Position numbers and translations under genes: made by a program. Shown here one piece after another: positions 1 to 8,366 of a stretch of 62,181 nt of DNA. Origin of the DNA: Oscillospiraceae bacterium (GTDB lineage Bacteria > Bacillota > Clostridia > Oscillospirales > Ruminococcaceae); NCBI GenBank assembly GCA_051882055.1, contig JBJERB010000025.1:15740-77920 (forward strand). The letters are read 5' to 3'. Under the pieces are notes generated by a model, which searched no databases, had not been told where the DNA came from, and saw nothing but the letters and a program-made list of their open reading frames with translations. How positions within the stretch are numbered: the first letter of the stretch is position 1; the number at the start of each line of letters is the position of its first letter.

Positions 1-1253
1 TCCATAACATAAACTGTATCAAGAGTATAAGATTTTGCAGCTTGTATTACCCGTTCTCTTGAAACATTGTTTATTATTTCGTTAACTTCATCAGGTGAAT
101 ATTGAGTTCCTCTGACTCTTTGAGTAAAATACCATGAATTTAATGCAAGCACACTGTCATAATTAGATCTGAATCCATTATACAATGCTTTTTTAGTATT
201 TTCAAGCAATTCATCAGAGAAATCGCCGTCGGCAATTAATGAAAACTGGTGAAGTATTTCCGATTTAGCCTTTTCAACATTTTCTTTTTCTATACCGCTG
301 TTAATGATCATAGTTTTCTTACATTCCGCAATATGGGATGAACAATAATAGCAGAGCGATAGCTTTTCACGCACATTTGCAAAAAGATATGAAAACGAAG
401 TTCCGCCGAACATAGCACACATTAGCTTCTGAGCATAGAAATCCTCATTTTCTGTTTTAAAAGCCATTATCATTTTAGATTGATTAACTTCATATTGTTC
501 TTTGATTTCAACAGCTTCATGTTTTATAATTGAAGGACAGTTAAAATTTATCTCCGAATTATAATCTCTTTTTAAATTCGAAAAGCTGTCGATAATCAGC
601 TTCTCTGCTTTATCAGCTTTTCCCCCTCCGACAACAGAAATGTCAATATAACTGTTGCGGAGCAATACACAATAAGCATTATACAAATCACTTTGAGTGA
701 TTTTTTCCACCTGTTCTACAGTACCGTTTTCATAAATTGATGCCGGTTCGTTTTGATAAATAAATTCACTTGCACGAAGAGCAGCATATCCACGCCTGTC
801 ATTTATTTCACTCTTGATATCTTCTATAAGTTCCTTTTTCCTTAATTCAAAATATTTTTCAGGAAATCTATTATCATTGATATCAGGATTTAATATGCAA
901 TCAAGCAATATTTTTATAGCTTCCTCTGAAACCTTTTCATTATTCAAAGTATAATCGTCACCAATATACCGAATACTGATTCCTGTTATCTGATAATCTC
1001 CCATAGTATATGCAAATGATTTCAGTTGTGAATCATAAAGACCAATCAACTTTTCATTAAGCTTTGTCCTTGATTTCACATTACTGTTGGAAGTACCCAA
1101 CAAAGCAGACAGCAATGAATTTAGCGGAGCGGTATCTCTATTCAGCTTTGTAACAAAACGAACAGCCACTAAATTTGTTTTAAATTTATTGTCATAAACA
1201 CCGGAAAGAGAAATACCCTTTCCGATTTTTCTTTGAAAATATGAAACAGACAT
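1..1253 (-). CDS. M16 family peptidase-like protein (YmfF-like), runs off the left window edge
   Basis: Not in the ORF track. Manual minus-strand reading from ATG at 1253 gives MSVSYFQRKIGKGISLSGVYDNKFKTNLVAVRF; a later segment reads GGTSFSYLFANVREKLSLCYYCSS. Both motifs are typical of YmfF/M16 insulinase-fold proteins. Confidence 0.8.
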   Translation of the reverse strand, partial: MSVSYFQRKIGKGISLSGVYDNKFKTNLVAVRFVTKLNRDTAPLNSLLSALLGTSNSNVKSRTKLNEKLIGLYDSQLKSFAYTMGDYQITGISIRYIGDDYTLNNEKVSEEAIKILLDCILNPDINDNRFPEKYFELRKKELIEDIKSEINDRRGYAALRASEFIYQNEPASIYENGTVEQVEKITQSDLYNAYCVLLRNSYIDISVVGGGKADKAEKLIIDSFSNLKRDYNSEINFNCPSIIKHEAVEIKEQYEVNQSKMIMAFKTENEDFYAQKLMCAMFGGTSFSYLFANVREKLSLCYYCSSHIAECKKTMIINSGIEKENVEKAKSEILHQFSLIADGDFSDELLENTKKALYNGFRSNYDSVLALNSWYFTQRVRGTQYSPDEVNEIINNVSRERVIQAAKSYTLDTVYVM

Positions 1254-1380
1254 TTATATGACCATATTCCTCATAGAAGAATATGCACTCCTTTCTGCAA
1301 ATTTAAAATACATTTAAATTGTTACTCAAATATTATAGCACAAAATCAAGATAATTACTATAGATTTAATAATTTTTTTA

Positions 1381-1418
1381 TAAAAACAAAAGTGAGCAGA
1401 CTTTTTTGATCTGCTCAC
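1381..1418 (-). terminator. Intrinsic terminator closing the upstream non-coding/micro-ORF transcript
   Basis: Minus strand: GTGAGCAGA-tcaaaaaag-TCTGCTCAC stem followed by TTTTGTTTTTA. Confidence 0.85.
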
Positions 1419-2313
1419 CTTATCGTTATATTTTATTAACTAAATTTTTATGCACTTAAACGTACATTGGAATTCACTCCAATAAAAAATCTTAATTCGC
1501 TCCGAATTCCTCGGGTCAAACTAAATATTTAGGTGGACTCACTCCTTAATGTCAGATGTTTATCAACTTTGTGAATACATTATACATATGCATCACTCCA
1601 CATCATTTAGAATTTAACCTTCTAAACAAATATTATATTCAAGCCATCGGACTTAGTCCTTTCAAAATATTTTTAACCAAATTCAAACTAAAGATTCTGG
1701 CGGTCTCACTCCCTACTATTAAATAATAAGTCTCGAAATGCAATACATATTAATCATATTACATCACTCCACAGAATATTTTCTATTGAATTGGTGATGA
1801 TTTTTACATTGGAATCACTCTTTCAAATTATTTTAAAATCACCTTAAAAAAACTTGAAATGTGCATTGGATTCACTCCCTGCTGTTATTTATTCAGACGC
1901 CTAATAAAGTAAATCATATAAAACCCTTCTTTATTATTTCTGAACTATTAAATTGTAACATGTTTTGAATATCCAGTTTGTAAAAACCTATTATTAAAAT
2001 CGTCCTATGAGACTCTTGATTATTGTCTTAAATAACTGTCCGTTAAAGTATATCACCCTGTTGTCTGAGTTTTACTTAATTAAAATCACAATCTTTCGAG
2101 TCTCAGGATATTCTGCTGACTCTCTGTTGTTTCCATCGGACTCGCTCCCTTTCCAATTAATATTAGGATTAATATTGATATTATAAGACTTTGTCACATC
2201 CGATTGTAATATATAGTCTTAAAATATTACTTCAACATTTCCTTAATTTAGTACTTCGGAATTTAATGATTTAATAAAGCTATTGTTTTATTGAATCCCT
2301 TATTCCTTTTCCT
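1385..2313 (-). ncRNA. Candidate ~930-nt transcript carrying an array of SD-ATG/micro-ORF units (unknown family)
   Basis: Bounded by its own promoter and terminator; no entry in the ORF track; about 10 SD-like cores, all on the same strand. Confidence 0.55.
1456..1931 (-). repeat. Degenerate tandem array of nine ~57-nt units, each with a ~15-nt core GGAGTGA(A/G)TCC(A/G)ATG and a variable AT-rich spacer
   Basis: Core first-base anchors at 1878, 1821, 1770, 1712, 1659, 1599, 1545, 1480 (spacings 57, 51, 58, 53, 60, 54, 65), plus a divergent unit at ~1931 and an isolated copy at 2148. Confidence 0.85.
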
Positions 2314-2319
2314 TGATTA

Positions 2320-2348
2320 TAATATATCACATCTTTTGTCACTTGTCA
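2320..2348 (-). promoter_or_regulatory. Sigma-A type promoter pointing into the array
   Basis: Minus strand TTGACA-17 nt-TATATT with an extended TG (tgaTATATT) and an overlapping TATAAT. Confidence 0.75.
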
Positions 2349-2407
2349 ATAGTTTTTTTCAAAAAAATCATAACTTTTTTATTTAATATTACTTTTACAA
2401 AATATGC

Positions 2408-2436
2408 TTGACATTAATAATTCATAGGTGTATAAT
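2408..2436 (+). promoter_or_regulatory. Consensus sigma-A promoter, divergent from the array promoter
   Basis: TTGACA(2408-2413)-17 nt-TATAAT(2431-2436). Confidence 0.85.
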
Positions 2437-2517
2437 TAATATGTTGCAGTGAATAATTATGACGATTTATCCATTGCAACTCTTTTATTTATTATTCCCG
2501 AAAGGACGGTAATGACA

Positions 2518-2847
2518 ATGAACGAAGAATATACTCCTGATTTATACACCCTTGAAGATGAAGAAGGAAATGAGCAGACTTTTGAAATGCTGGACGCTAT
2601 GGAATATGAAGGGGAAAAATATTTTGCCCTGACTCCATATTTTGATGAACCTGAAGATATGATTGAAGATTCCGGAGAAGTTGTAATTCTGAAATCCGAA
2701 TTTGACGGCGACGAAGAAATTATGGTTTCCATAGACAACGACGAGGAATATGAAAAAATCGGCGGCATTTTTATGAAAAGAATTGAAGAAATGTTTGCTT
2801 TTGATGATGATGAAGACGAATGTGACTGCTGTGGACATGAGCAGTAA
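2518..2847 (+). CDS. DUF1292 domain protein (acidic)
   Basis: YTLEDEEGNEQTFEMLDAMEYEGEKYFAL pattern; RBS GAAAGGA at ~2500 favours a start at 2512 or 2518. Confidence 0.8.
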   Translation: MNEEYTPDLYTLEDEEGNEQTFEMLDAMEYEGEKYFALTPYFDEPEDMIEDSGEVVILKSEFDGDEEIMVSIDNDEEYEKIGGIFMKRIEEMFAFDDDEDECDCCGHEQ

Positions 2848-2978
2848 TTTAATCTTAAATCAGATAATTAAGCTGTTGTGTTTATACATGACGGCTTTTT
2901 TATATTTGACAGAACCCGTGTGCTGTGATAAAATATAAATACACTTTATTTTCAGCAATCTAAGAAAGGTTAATTTCT

Positions 2979-3512
2979 ATGAAACGTTTGTATTTTACCA
3001 GACACGGTCAAACAGTCTGGAATGTTGAGAACAAAATATGCGGAACTACCGACATTGAACTTACTGCTCTTGGAAAAGAGCAAGCCAAAGATCTTGGGAA
3101 CAAAATCAAAAACGGTAATTATGAAATTGATGAGATTCTATGCTCTCCTCTGATCAGAGCTTATGAAACAGCAAGAATTATTTCAGAGTATACGGGGATC
3201 CCTCTAAAAATTGAGCAGAGATTAACTGAACAAAACTTCGGTAAATACGAAGGGACAGCACGAAACGGTGAAGAATTCAAAATATCAAAAGCTTCCTTTG
3301 CCGACAGTTACGGGAATGGCGAATCAATGCTGAAACTGGCACAGCGGATTTATAATCTTCTTGATGAACTAAAGAAAGATGATAAAACTTATCTCCTTGT
3401 TGCACATAACGGCATAGCACGGATTGTAAATTCTTATTTTTACGACATGACAAATAATGAATATGCAAGTTTCGGAATAAATAACTGTGAAGTTTTAGAA
3501 TATGAATTATAG
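2979..3512 (+). CDS. Histidine phosphatase (phosphoglycerate mutase) family protein
   Basis: YFTRHGQT motif, SPLIRA, VAHNG. Confidence 0.9.
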   Translation: MKRLYFTRHGQTVWNVENKICGTTDIELTALGKEQAKDLGNKIKNGNYEIDEILCSPLIRAYETARIISEYTGIPLKIEQRLTEQNFGKYEGTARNGEEFKISKASFADSYGNGESMLKLAQRIYNLLDELKKDDKTYLLVAHNGIARIVNSYFYDMTNNEYASFGINNCEVLEYEL

Positions 3513-3520
3513 GAGCTTTT

Positions 3521-4042
3521 ATGAAAAAAGATAATATTCCCAAAGAAATTGAACGTAAGTATTTGATATATATTCCATCATCAGAAACTTTACATACACT
3601 TCCCGAATGTGAAAGATCTGAAATAGTTCAGACCTATCTGAATTCCGAACATCCGCTGACAAGCCGCAGAGTAAGAAAAAGAGGGCTACACGAAACAGGC
3701 TATAAATATTATTACACTGAAAAAACGCCGATTTCATTCGGAGAGAAATTTGAACTTGAAAAGGAAATAAGTGAGCAGGAATATATTGATCTGCTTAAAG
3801 AGGCTGACAGTGCTTGTCACCCTATTGAGAAAGAACGCTATTGCTTCAGGTATGAAAACCAACTGTTTGAACTTGACATATACAACTTCAGTGACAAATT
3901 TGCCACACTTGAAATCGAGCTTAAAAGCATAGATGATCCGGTTTATCTGCCGAATTTTATCAGTGTAATAAAGGATGTCACAAATGATAACAGATATAGT
4001 AACGCTTCCCTTTCTATGACGCAAAAACTTGATATATTTTAA
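3521..4042 (+). CDS. CYTH-domain (triphosphate tunnel metalloenzyme) protein
   Basis: EIERKYL, FELDIY, LEIEL, DVTNDNRYSN motifs. Confidence 0.85.
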   Translation: MKKDNIPKEIERKYLIYIPSSETLHTLPECERSEIVQTYLNSEHPLTSRRVRKRGLHETGYKYYYTEKTPISFGEKFELEKEISEQEYIDLLKEADSACHPIEKERYCFRYENQLFELDIYNFSDKFATLEIELKSIDDPVYLPNFISVIKDVTNDNRYSNASLSMTQKLDIF

Positions 4043-4046
4043 TTAT

Positions 4047-4078
4047 AAACGCCGAGAATACAATTTCTCGGCGTTTTT
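4047..4078 (+). terminator. Intrinsic terminator between convergent genes
   Basis: AAACGCCGAGAA / TTCTCGGCGTTT stem followed by a T run. Confidence 0.8.
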
Positions 4079-4124
4079 ATAAACAAATAAATAAAACATA
4101 AACTTTACGGACTTAGATAAACGA

Positions 4125-5057
4125 TTATTTCTTTGTTTTATAAAAATCATTTATCACTTTTTCAGCCGGTTTTCCGTATATTCTGTAACCCTTGTCCTTA
4201 AGTGCCTTAGAGCGACTGTATAAAACACCCGGCCAATCCCACACAGCAAACCCGTTTATCCATTCACGCTTTTCGCAGGCTTTAAACATTGCTTCAAACC
4301 AAGCTGCCTGACCCTTCAAATCAAGTTCTCCCTTTACAGACCAGTCATTGGGAACAAGATTTGAGTTTTCTGTGGACATACACCCACATTCAGCAAAGAA
4401 AAAAGGCTTGTTAAATTCTCTTACTACTTTTTCAATTCTGTCAAGCTGATTCTCCCAATCATTTATAGGATAATACCCGCTTGAAGATATAACATCAACA
4501 GCGTCCCACCATTTAACGTTATGCTCCTGATATTTATCTGTATTGTAAGAAATCAGTCCGCTGTATACTTTACGTATTTCTGAAATCAACTTACGCCATT
4601 CTTCTTCACGTCTTTCCGTCTGTACCATTTCACAGCCGGCAATAAACATTTCACATTCGGTATTTTGTGCAATTTCAGCATAATGAAGCTGAAAATCCGT
4701 ATATGATTTAAACCAGTTTCTCCATTTCGGTTCACAAGGAACATCTTCATCAAAGAAATTGATATGAGCTCTCCAAGTACCGTTTCTGCAATTTACTGTT
4801 GGTTTCAATGCTACTCTTAAAGCCCTGCTGTGTGCATAATGTATAAATTCTTCAAGTTCACTATCCCACATTGTTGCGTCCGTTTTATAATCTATACTCT
4901 CAGACTGGGGTGTTTCCTGAATCCCATTGGGGACAAGTATTATGAAATCCGCATTTGTATTTTCGATCATAGTGTCTAAGCTCTGCTTTGCAGACTTTTT
5001 AGATAATATATTTTTTCTTGCAAATGGTGCAAAAGTAATCCCTTTGATAAAATCCAT
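4125..5057 (-). CDS. Glycoside hydrolase family 113 (beta-mannanase/mannosidase-like), no signal peptide
   Basis: LKPTVNCRNGTWRAHI, GCEM, WWDAVDVISSSGYYP, FFAECG motifs. Confidence 0.8.
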   Translation of the reverse strand: MDFIKGITFAPFARKNILSKKSAKQSLDTMIENTNADFIILVPNGIQETPQSESIDYKTDATMWDSELEEFIHYAHSRALRVALKPTVNCRNGTWRAHINFFDEDVPCEPKWRNWFKSYTDFQLHYAEIAQNTECEMFIAGCEMVQTERREEEWRKLISEIRKVYSGLISYNTDKYQEHNVKWWDAVDVISSSGYYPINDWENQLDRIEKVVREFNKPFFFAECGCMSTENSNLVPNDWSVKGELDLKGQAAWFEAMFKACEKREWINGFAVWDWPGVLYSRSKALKDKGYRIYGKPAEKVINDFYKTKK

Positions 5058-5233
5058 AACAGATTCCTCCAAGAAGTTTTATTAATCCAGCTTTTTTGAA
5101 AGTATATCAGTTTATTATAACTATGATATAATATATGTGTTAATAAACAGTAAAAATCTAATTGATAATAAAACTAAAACAGGTTAAGCTCCGTATGAAA
5201 AATACGAGAGCTTTTATTATTTTATGTAAACAA

Positions 5234-5267
5234 ATCGACAAAATCAACGACATCGAAGTTATATAAT
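5234..5267 (+). promoter_or_regulatory. Putative spoIIG promoter with reversed Spo0A-box-like sites
   Basis: ATCGACA (5234-5240) and AACGACA (5246-5252) resemble reversed TGNCGAA; TATAAT at 5262. Confidence 0.4.
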
Positions 5268-5297
5268 TTTAACATAATATTGAACGGAGGCGGGATT

Positions 5298-6128
5298 TTG
5301 AAAATATATCTTGACGTTCTTATAATAACCAATTCGATTATCACTTTAATATACATTCAATGTATTTGTAAAATCACTCATATCAAAATCAGTAGAATAA
5401 GGCTTCTTTTAAGCAGTGCATTTGGTGGTATAGCCTCTCTTATAGTCATATTAAACAATGAAGGATTTATAAAATCCGCATTAATAACCACGCTAAAGCT
5501 ATTAATTGCAGGCATTATTATTTTAATCGCATTTAACATCAAATCATTTAAATTATCTCTGAAATACATATTCTTATATTTCCTGATGGACATTGTTTTT
5601 TCAGGAATATGCCTGATTATATGGCAAACCACAAAAAGCAAAATAATTTATGTAAAAAACTACACTGTCTATTTCAGCATTTCACTACTACACATGACAG
5701 TTGCGGCTATTCTGATTTATGGCATCATTTCAGTTTACGAATGGATATTAAGGCGAAAATTCAACAAAGCAGAAAAATACAAAGCAATATACTCCATAGG
5801 GGATTATGAAATTGAACTGAAAGCTATTGCCGACAGCGGAAACAAATTATGTGATCCGTTCACAGGTATTCCGGTGGTTATTTTTTGCTGTAACGAGCTT
5901 TTTGAGCATTTCAACCTTGACAATGAAAAACTGTTCCTGCAAAGCGGATTCAGGCTTACACCCTACTCCACTGTTTCAGGAAAAAGCGTTATACCGATAA
6001 CTTCAAAAGGAACTGTAAAAATCCTTGACGGTAATAACAATGTAAAAAATATAAGATGCTGCGTAGGTATTACAAGAAATAATAATCAACAAGCCCGGGC
6101 TATTTTTAATCCGTGCCTGATCACATAA
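5298..6128 (+). CDS. spoIIGA: Sigma-E processing peptidase SpoIIGA
   Basis: IYLDV N-terminus, multiple TM segments, DSGNKLCDP aspartic motif; directly upstream of sigE. Confidence 0.9.
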   Translation: MKIYLDVLIITNSIITLIYIQCICKITHIKISRIRLLLSSAFGGIASLIVILNNEGFIKSALITTLKLLIAGIIILIAFNIKSFKLSLKYIFLYFLMDIVFSGICLIIWQTTKSKIIYVKNYTVYFSISLLHMTVAAILIYGIISVYEWILRRKFNKAEKYKAIYSIGDYEIELKAIADSGNKLCDPFTGIPVVIFCCNELFEHFNLDNEKLFLQSGFRLTPYSTVSGKSVIPITSKGTVKILDGNNNVKNIRCCVGITRNNNQQARAIFNPCLIT

Positions 6129-6151
6129 CAAACAGAAAGGATTTGATATAC

Positions 6152-6871
6152 ATGCGGTTAATTCACCAATTTAAAGAAAAAATCAATATTATCTTATTAA
6201 AATGCACAAATGCAGAAACAGATACTGTTGATTATATAAACGGTTCAGATTCTCTGCCTCCTCCCCTATCAAAAGAAGACGAGCTAAAAGCCTTTGACCT
6301 GATTAAAACAGACGAAAAAAAGGCACGTGAACTTCTGATAGTTCATAATCTTCGCCTTGTTGTTTATATTGCAAAGAAATTTGAATCAACCGGTGTGGGA
6401 CTTGAAGACCTTATTTCCATAGGTACAATAGGACTTATTAAAGCAGTGAAAACTTTTTGCCCCGACAAAAATATAAAGCTTGCTACATACGCTTCACGAT
6501 GTATTGAAAACGAGATACTCATGTTTTTAAGAAAAGCGTCACAATACCGCAATGAGATTTCCATTGACGAGCCTTTAAATATTGATTGGGACGGAAATGA
6601 ATTACTGCTTTCTGATATACTGGGTACCGACGATGATACGGTAAACAGAGGCATAGAAAGCGAAGTTGAAAAAGATTTGCTGAGAAAAGAAATCAACAAG
6701 CTCTCACCCCGTGAAAAGCAGATAATGGAGATGCGATTCGGGCTTCAGAACGGAAAGGAAATGACGCAAAAACAGGTTGCGGACATTGTAGGCATATCAC
6801 AGTCGTACATATCAAGATTAGAAAAAAGAATAATAAAATCCATAAAAAACAATTTAGAAAAAATCTGCTGA
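6152..6871 (+). CDS. sigE: Sporulation sigma factor SigE
   Basis: [51 protein letters not shown]. Confidence 0.95.
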   Translation: MRLIHQFKEKINIILLKCTNAETDTVDYINGSDSLPPPLSKEDELKAFDLIKTDEKKARELLIVHNLRLVVYIAKKFESTGVGLEDLISIGTIGLIKAVKTFCPDKNIKLATYASRCIENEILMFLRKASQYRNEISIDEPLNIDWDGNELLLSDILGTDDDTVNRGIESEVEKDLLRKEINKLSPREKQIMEMRFGLQNGKEMTQKQVADIVGISQSYISRLEKRIIKSIKNNLEKIC

Positions 6872-6906
6872 TTAACGTTATGTAAAAATTTACATTAACA
6901 TATACT

Positions 6907-6935
6907 GCATATTGAAATGCTCCGGAGGCAATAAT
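6907..6935 (+). promoter_or_regulatory. Putative SigF/SigG-type forespore promoter for sigG
   Basis: GCATA-15 nt-GGCAATAAT resembles the SigF consensus GYATA-N15-GGnnAnAnT. Confidence 0.55.
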
Positions 6936-6962
6936 CTTATTATCAAGATCTCAGGAGTAAAT

Positions 6963-7733
6963 ATGCAGTACAATAAAGTTGAAATAAGCGGTGTCAACAC
7001 CGATGAACTTACCGTTTTAAAAGAAGCTGAAAAAACCGAGCTGCTAAAGCGGGTAAAACAAGGAGATAAAAAGGCCCGAGAACAGCTTATTAAAGGAAAT
7101 CTGCGTTTGGTTTTAAGCGTACTTCAGCGTTTTGTCAGCCGAGGCGAGTCCGCCGACGATTTATTTCAAGTGGGCGTAGTCGGACTGATTAAAGCCATTG
7201 ATAATTTTGATATTAACCTTGACGTAAGATTCTCAACATATGCCGTACCGATGATTTTAGGTGAACTAAGGCGATATATGCGGGATTATCAGCCCATGCG
7301 GGTAAGCCGTTCTCTCAGGGACATGGCATATAAAGCAATGCAGGCAAAAGAAAAACTTACAAACGAACATCAAAGGGAACCAACTGTTGATGAAATTGCC
7401 AAAGAAATAGGTGCAAAGCGAGGAGATGTAGTTACTGCTCTCGAATCTGTAAGTGATCCTATTTCCCTTTACGAACCTGTATATTCAGATGCCGGGGATA
7501 CTTTGTACGTTATGGATCAGGTAGGAGATAAAAACGATGCCTCTGATTGGCTTGAGGAGTTATCAATCAAGGAAGCCATAAATTCATTAATGCCAAGAGA
7601 AAAAAACATTCTGTATTTGAGATTCTTTCAGGGAAAGACTCAGGTGGAAGTGGCAAACAGCATAGGTATATCTCAAGCACAGGTATCAAGGCTGGAAAAA
7701 GGAGCTTTAAATAAAATTAAAAGTCAGATATAA
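6963..7733 (+). CDS. sigG: Sporulation sigma factor SigG
   Basis: NKVEISGVNT, DDLFQVG, FSTYAVPMI, GISQAQVSRLEK; follows sigE. Confidence 0.95.
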   Translation: MQYNKVEISGVNTDELTVLKEAEKTELLKRVKQGDKKAREQLIKGNLRLVLSVLQRFVSRGESADDLFQVGVVGLIKAIDNFDINLDVRFSTYAVPMILGELRRYMRDYQPMRVSRSLRDMAYKAMQAKEKLTNEHQREPTVDEIAKEIGAKRGDVVTALESVSDPISLYEPVYSDAGDTLYVMDQVGDKNDASDWLEELSIKEAINSLMPREKNILYLRFFQGKTQVEVANSIGISQAQVSRLEKGALNKIKSQI

Positions 7734-7770
7734 AAAAGGGACTGCATTTCAATTTGCAGTCCCTTGAATT

Positions 7771-8310
7771 TTAATCTTTTTTATAAACGGCAACAATTTC
7801 ACCGATATACTGAACATGATAATCCTTGTTTGCATACCACTGACCGTCGATAGAAACGTCAGTAAAGCATTCCGGCGTCATATTTTGCACATAAAGTTTT
7901 TTGCATACAACAACTGTTTTTGCTTGCTCAAAAGCGGTTGTATTATCTGTGAAAACCGGAGTCAGTCCTGTTTCTTTTGCCTTATCAACATCACGTCCGC
8001 TGTGGCTTCCGCAATAAGACAATGCTTTTCTTTGGCTTTCGTCAAAAAAGCTAAGGGTAAAGAATTCCGTATTATCTATAAATTCTTTTGTGTATCTTTG
8101 AGGTCTGATAACTGTTGTAGCAACATTCTTGCCCCACATTACACCCATAAATCCCCATGAAGCAGTCATGGTATTCCAACCGTTTTCATCTCCTGCTGTA
8201 ACAAGCATCCAATCCTTACCTATCATTTTGAAAGGATTAGCTTGCTCTGATGCAAGGCTTTCAGGCTCTATTCTTCTAAATCCTAACTCTTCCATTTTTG
8301 AATTACTCAT
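7771..8310 (-). CDS. Flavin reductase-like family protein
   Basis: WMLVTAG, NTMTASWG, GSHSGRDVDK. Confidence 0.85.
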   Translation of the reverse strand: MSNSKMEELGFRRIEPESLASEQANPFKMIGKDWMLVTAGDENGWNTMTASWGFMGVMWGKNVATTVIRPQRYTKEFIDNTEFFTLSFFDESQRKALSYCGSHSGRDVDKAKETGLTPVFTDNTTAFEQAKTVVVCKKLYVQNMTPECFTDVSIDGQWYANKDYHVQYIGEIVAVYKKD

Positions 8311-8366
8311 ATTAATATTCTCCTTTCTGAAAATTCAATATATTTTTCTTTTTACAAAAAAGAATA

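Noticed and set aside
1456-1931. CRISPR array interpretation of the ~57-nt periodic repeat
   Set aside because: The core is only ~15 nt and degenerate, spacers are related to each other by duplication, and there are no cas genes in the window.
1456-1931. A single protein gene read with an alternative genetic code (many units are in frame)
   Set aside because: TAA, TAG and TGA all interrupt the frame, the frame shifts near 1757 and again before 1659, and neighbouring genes use standard stops.
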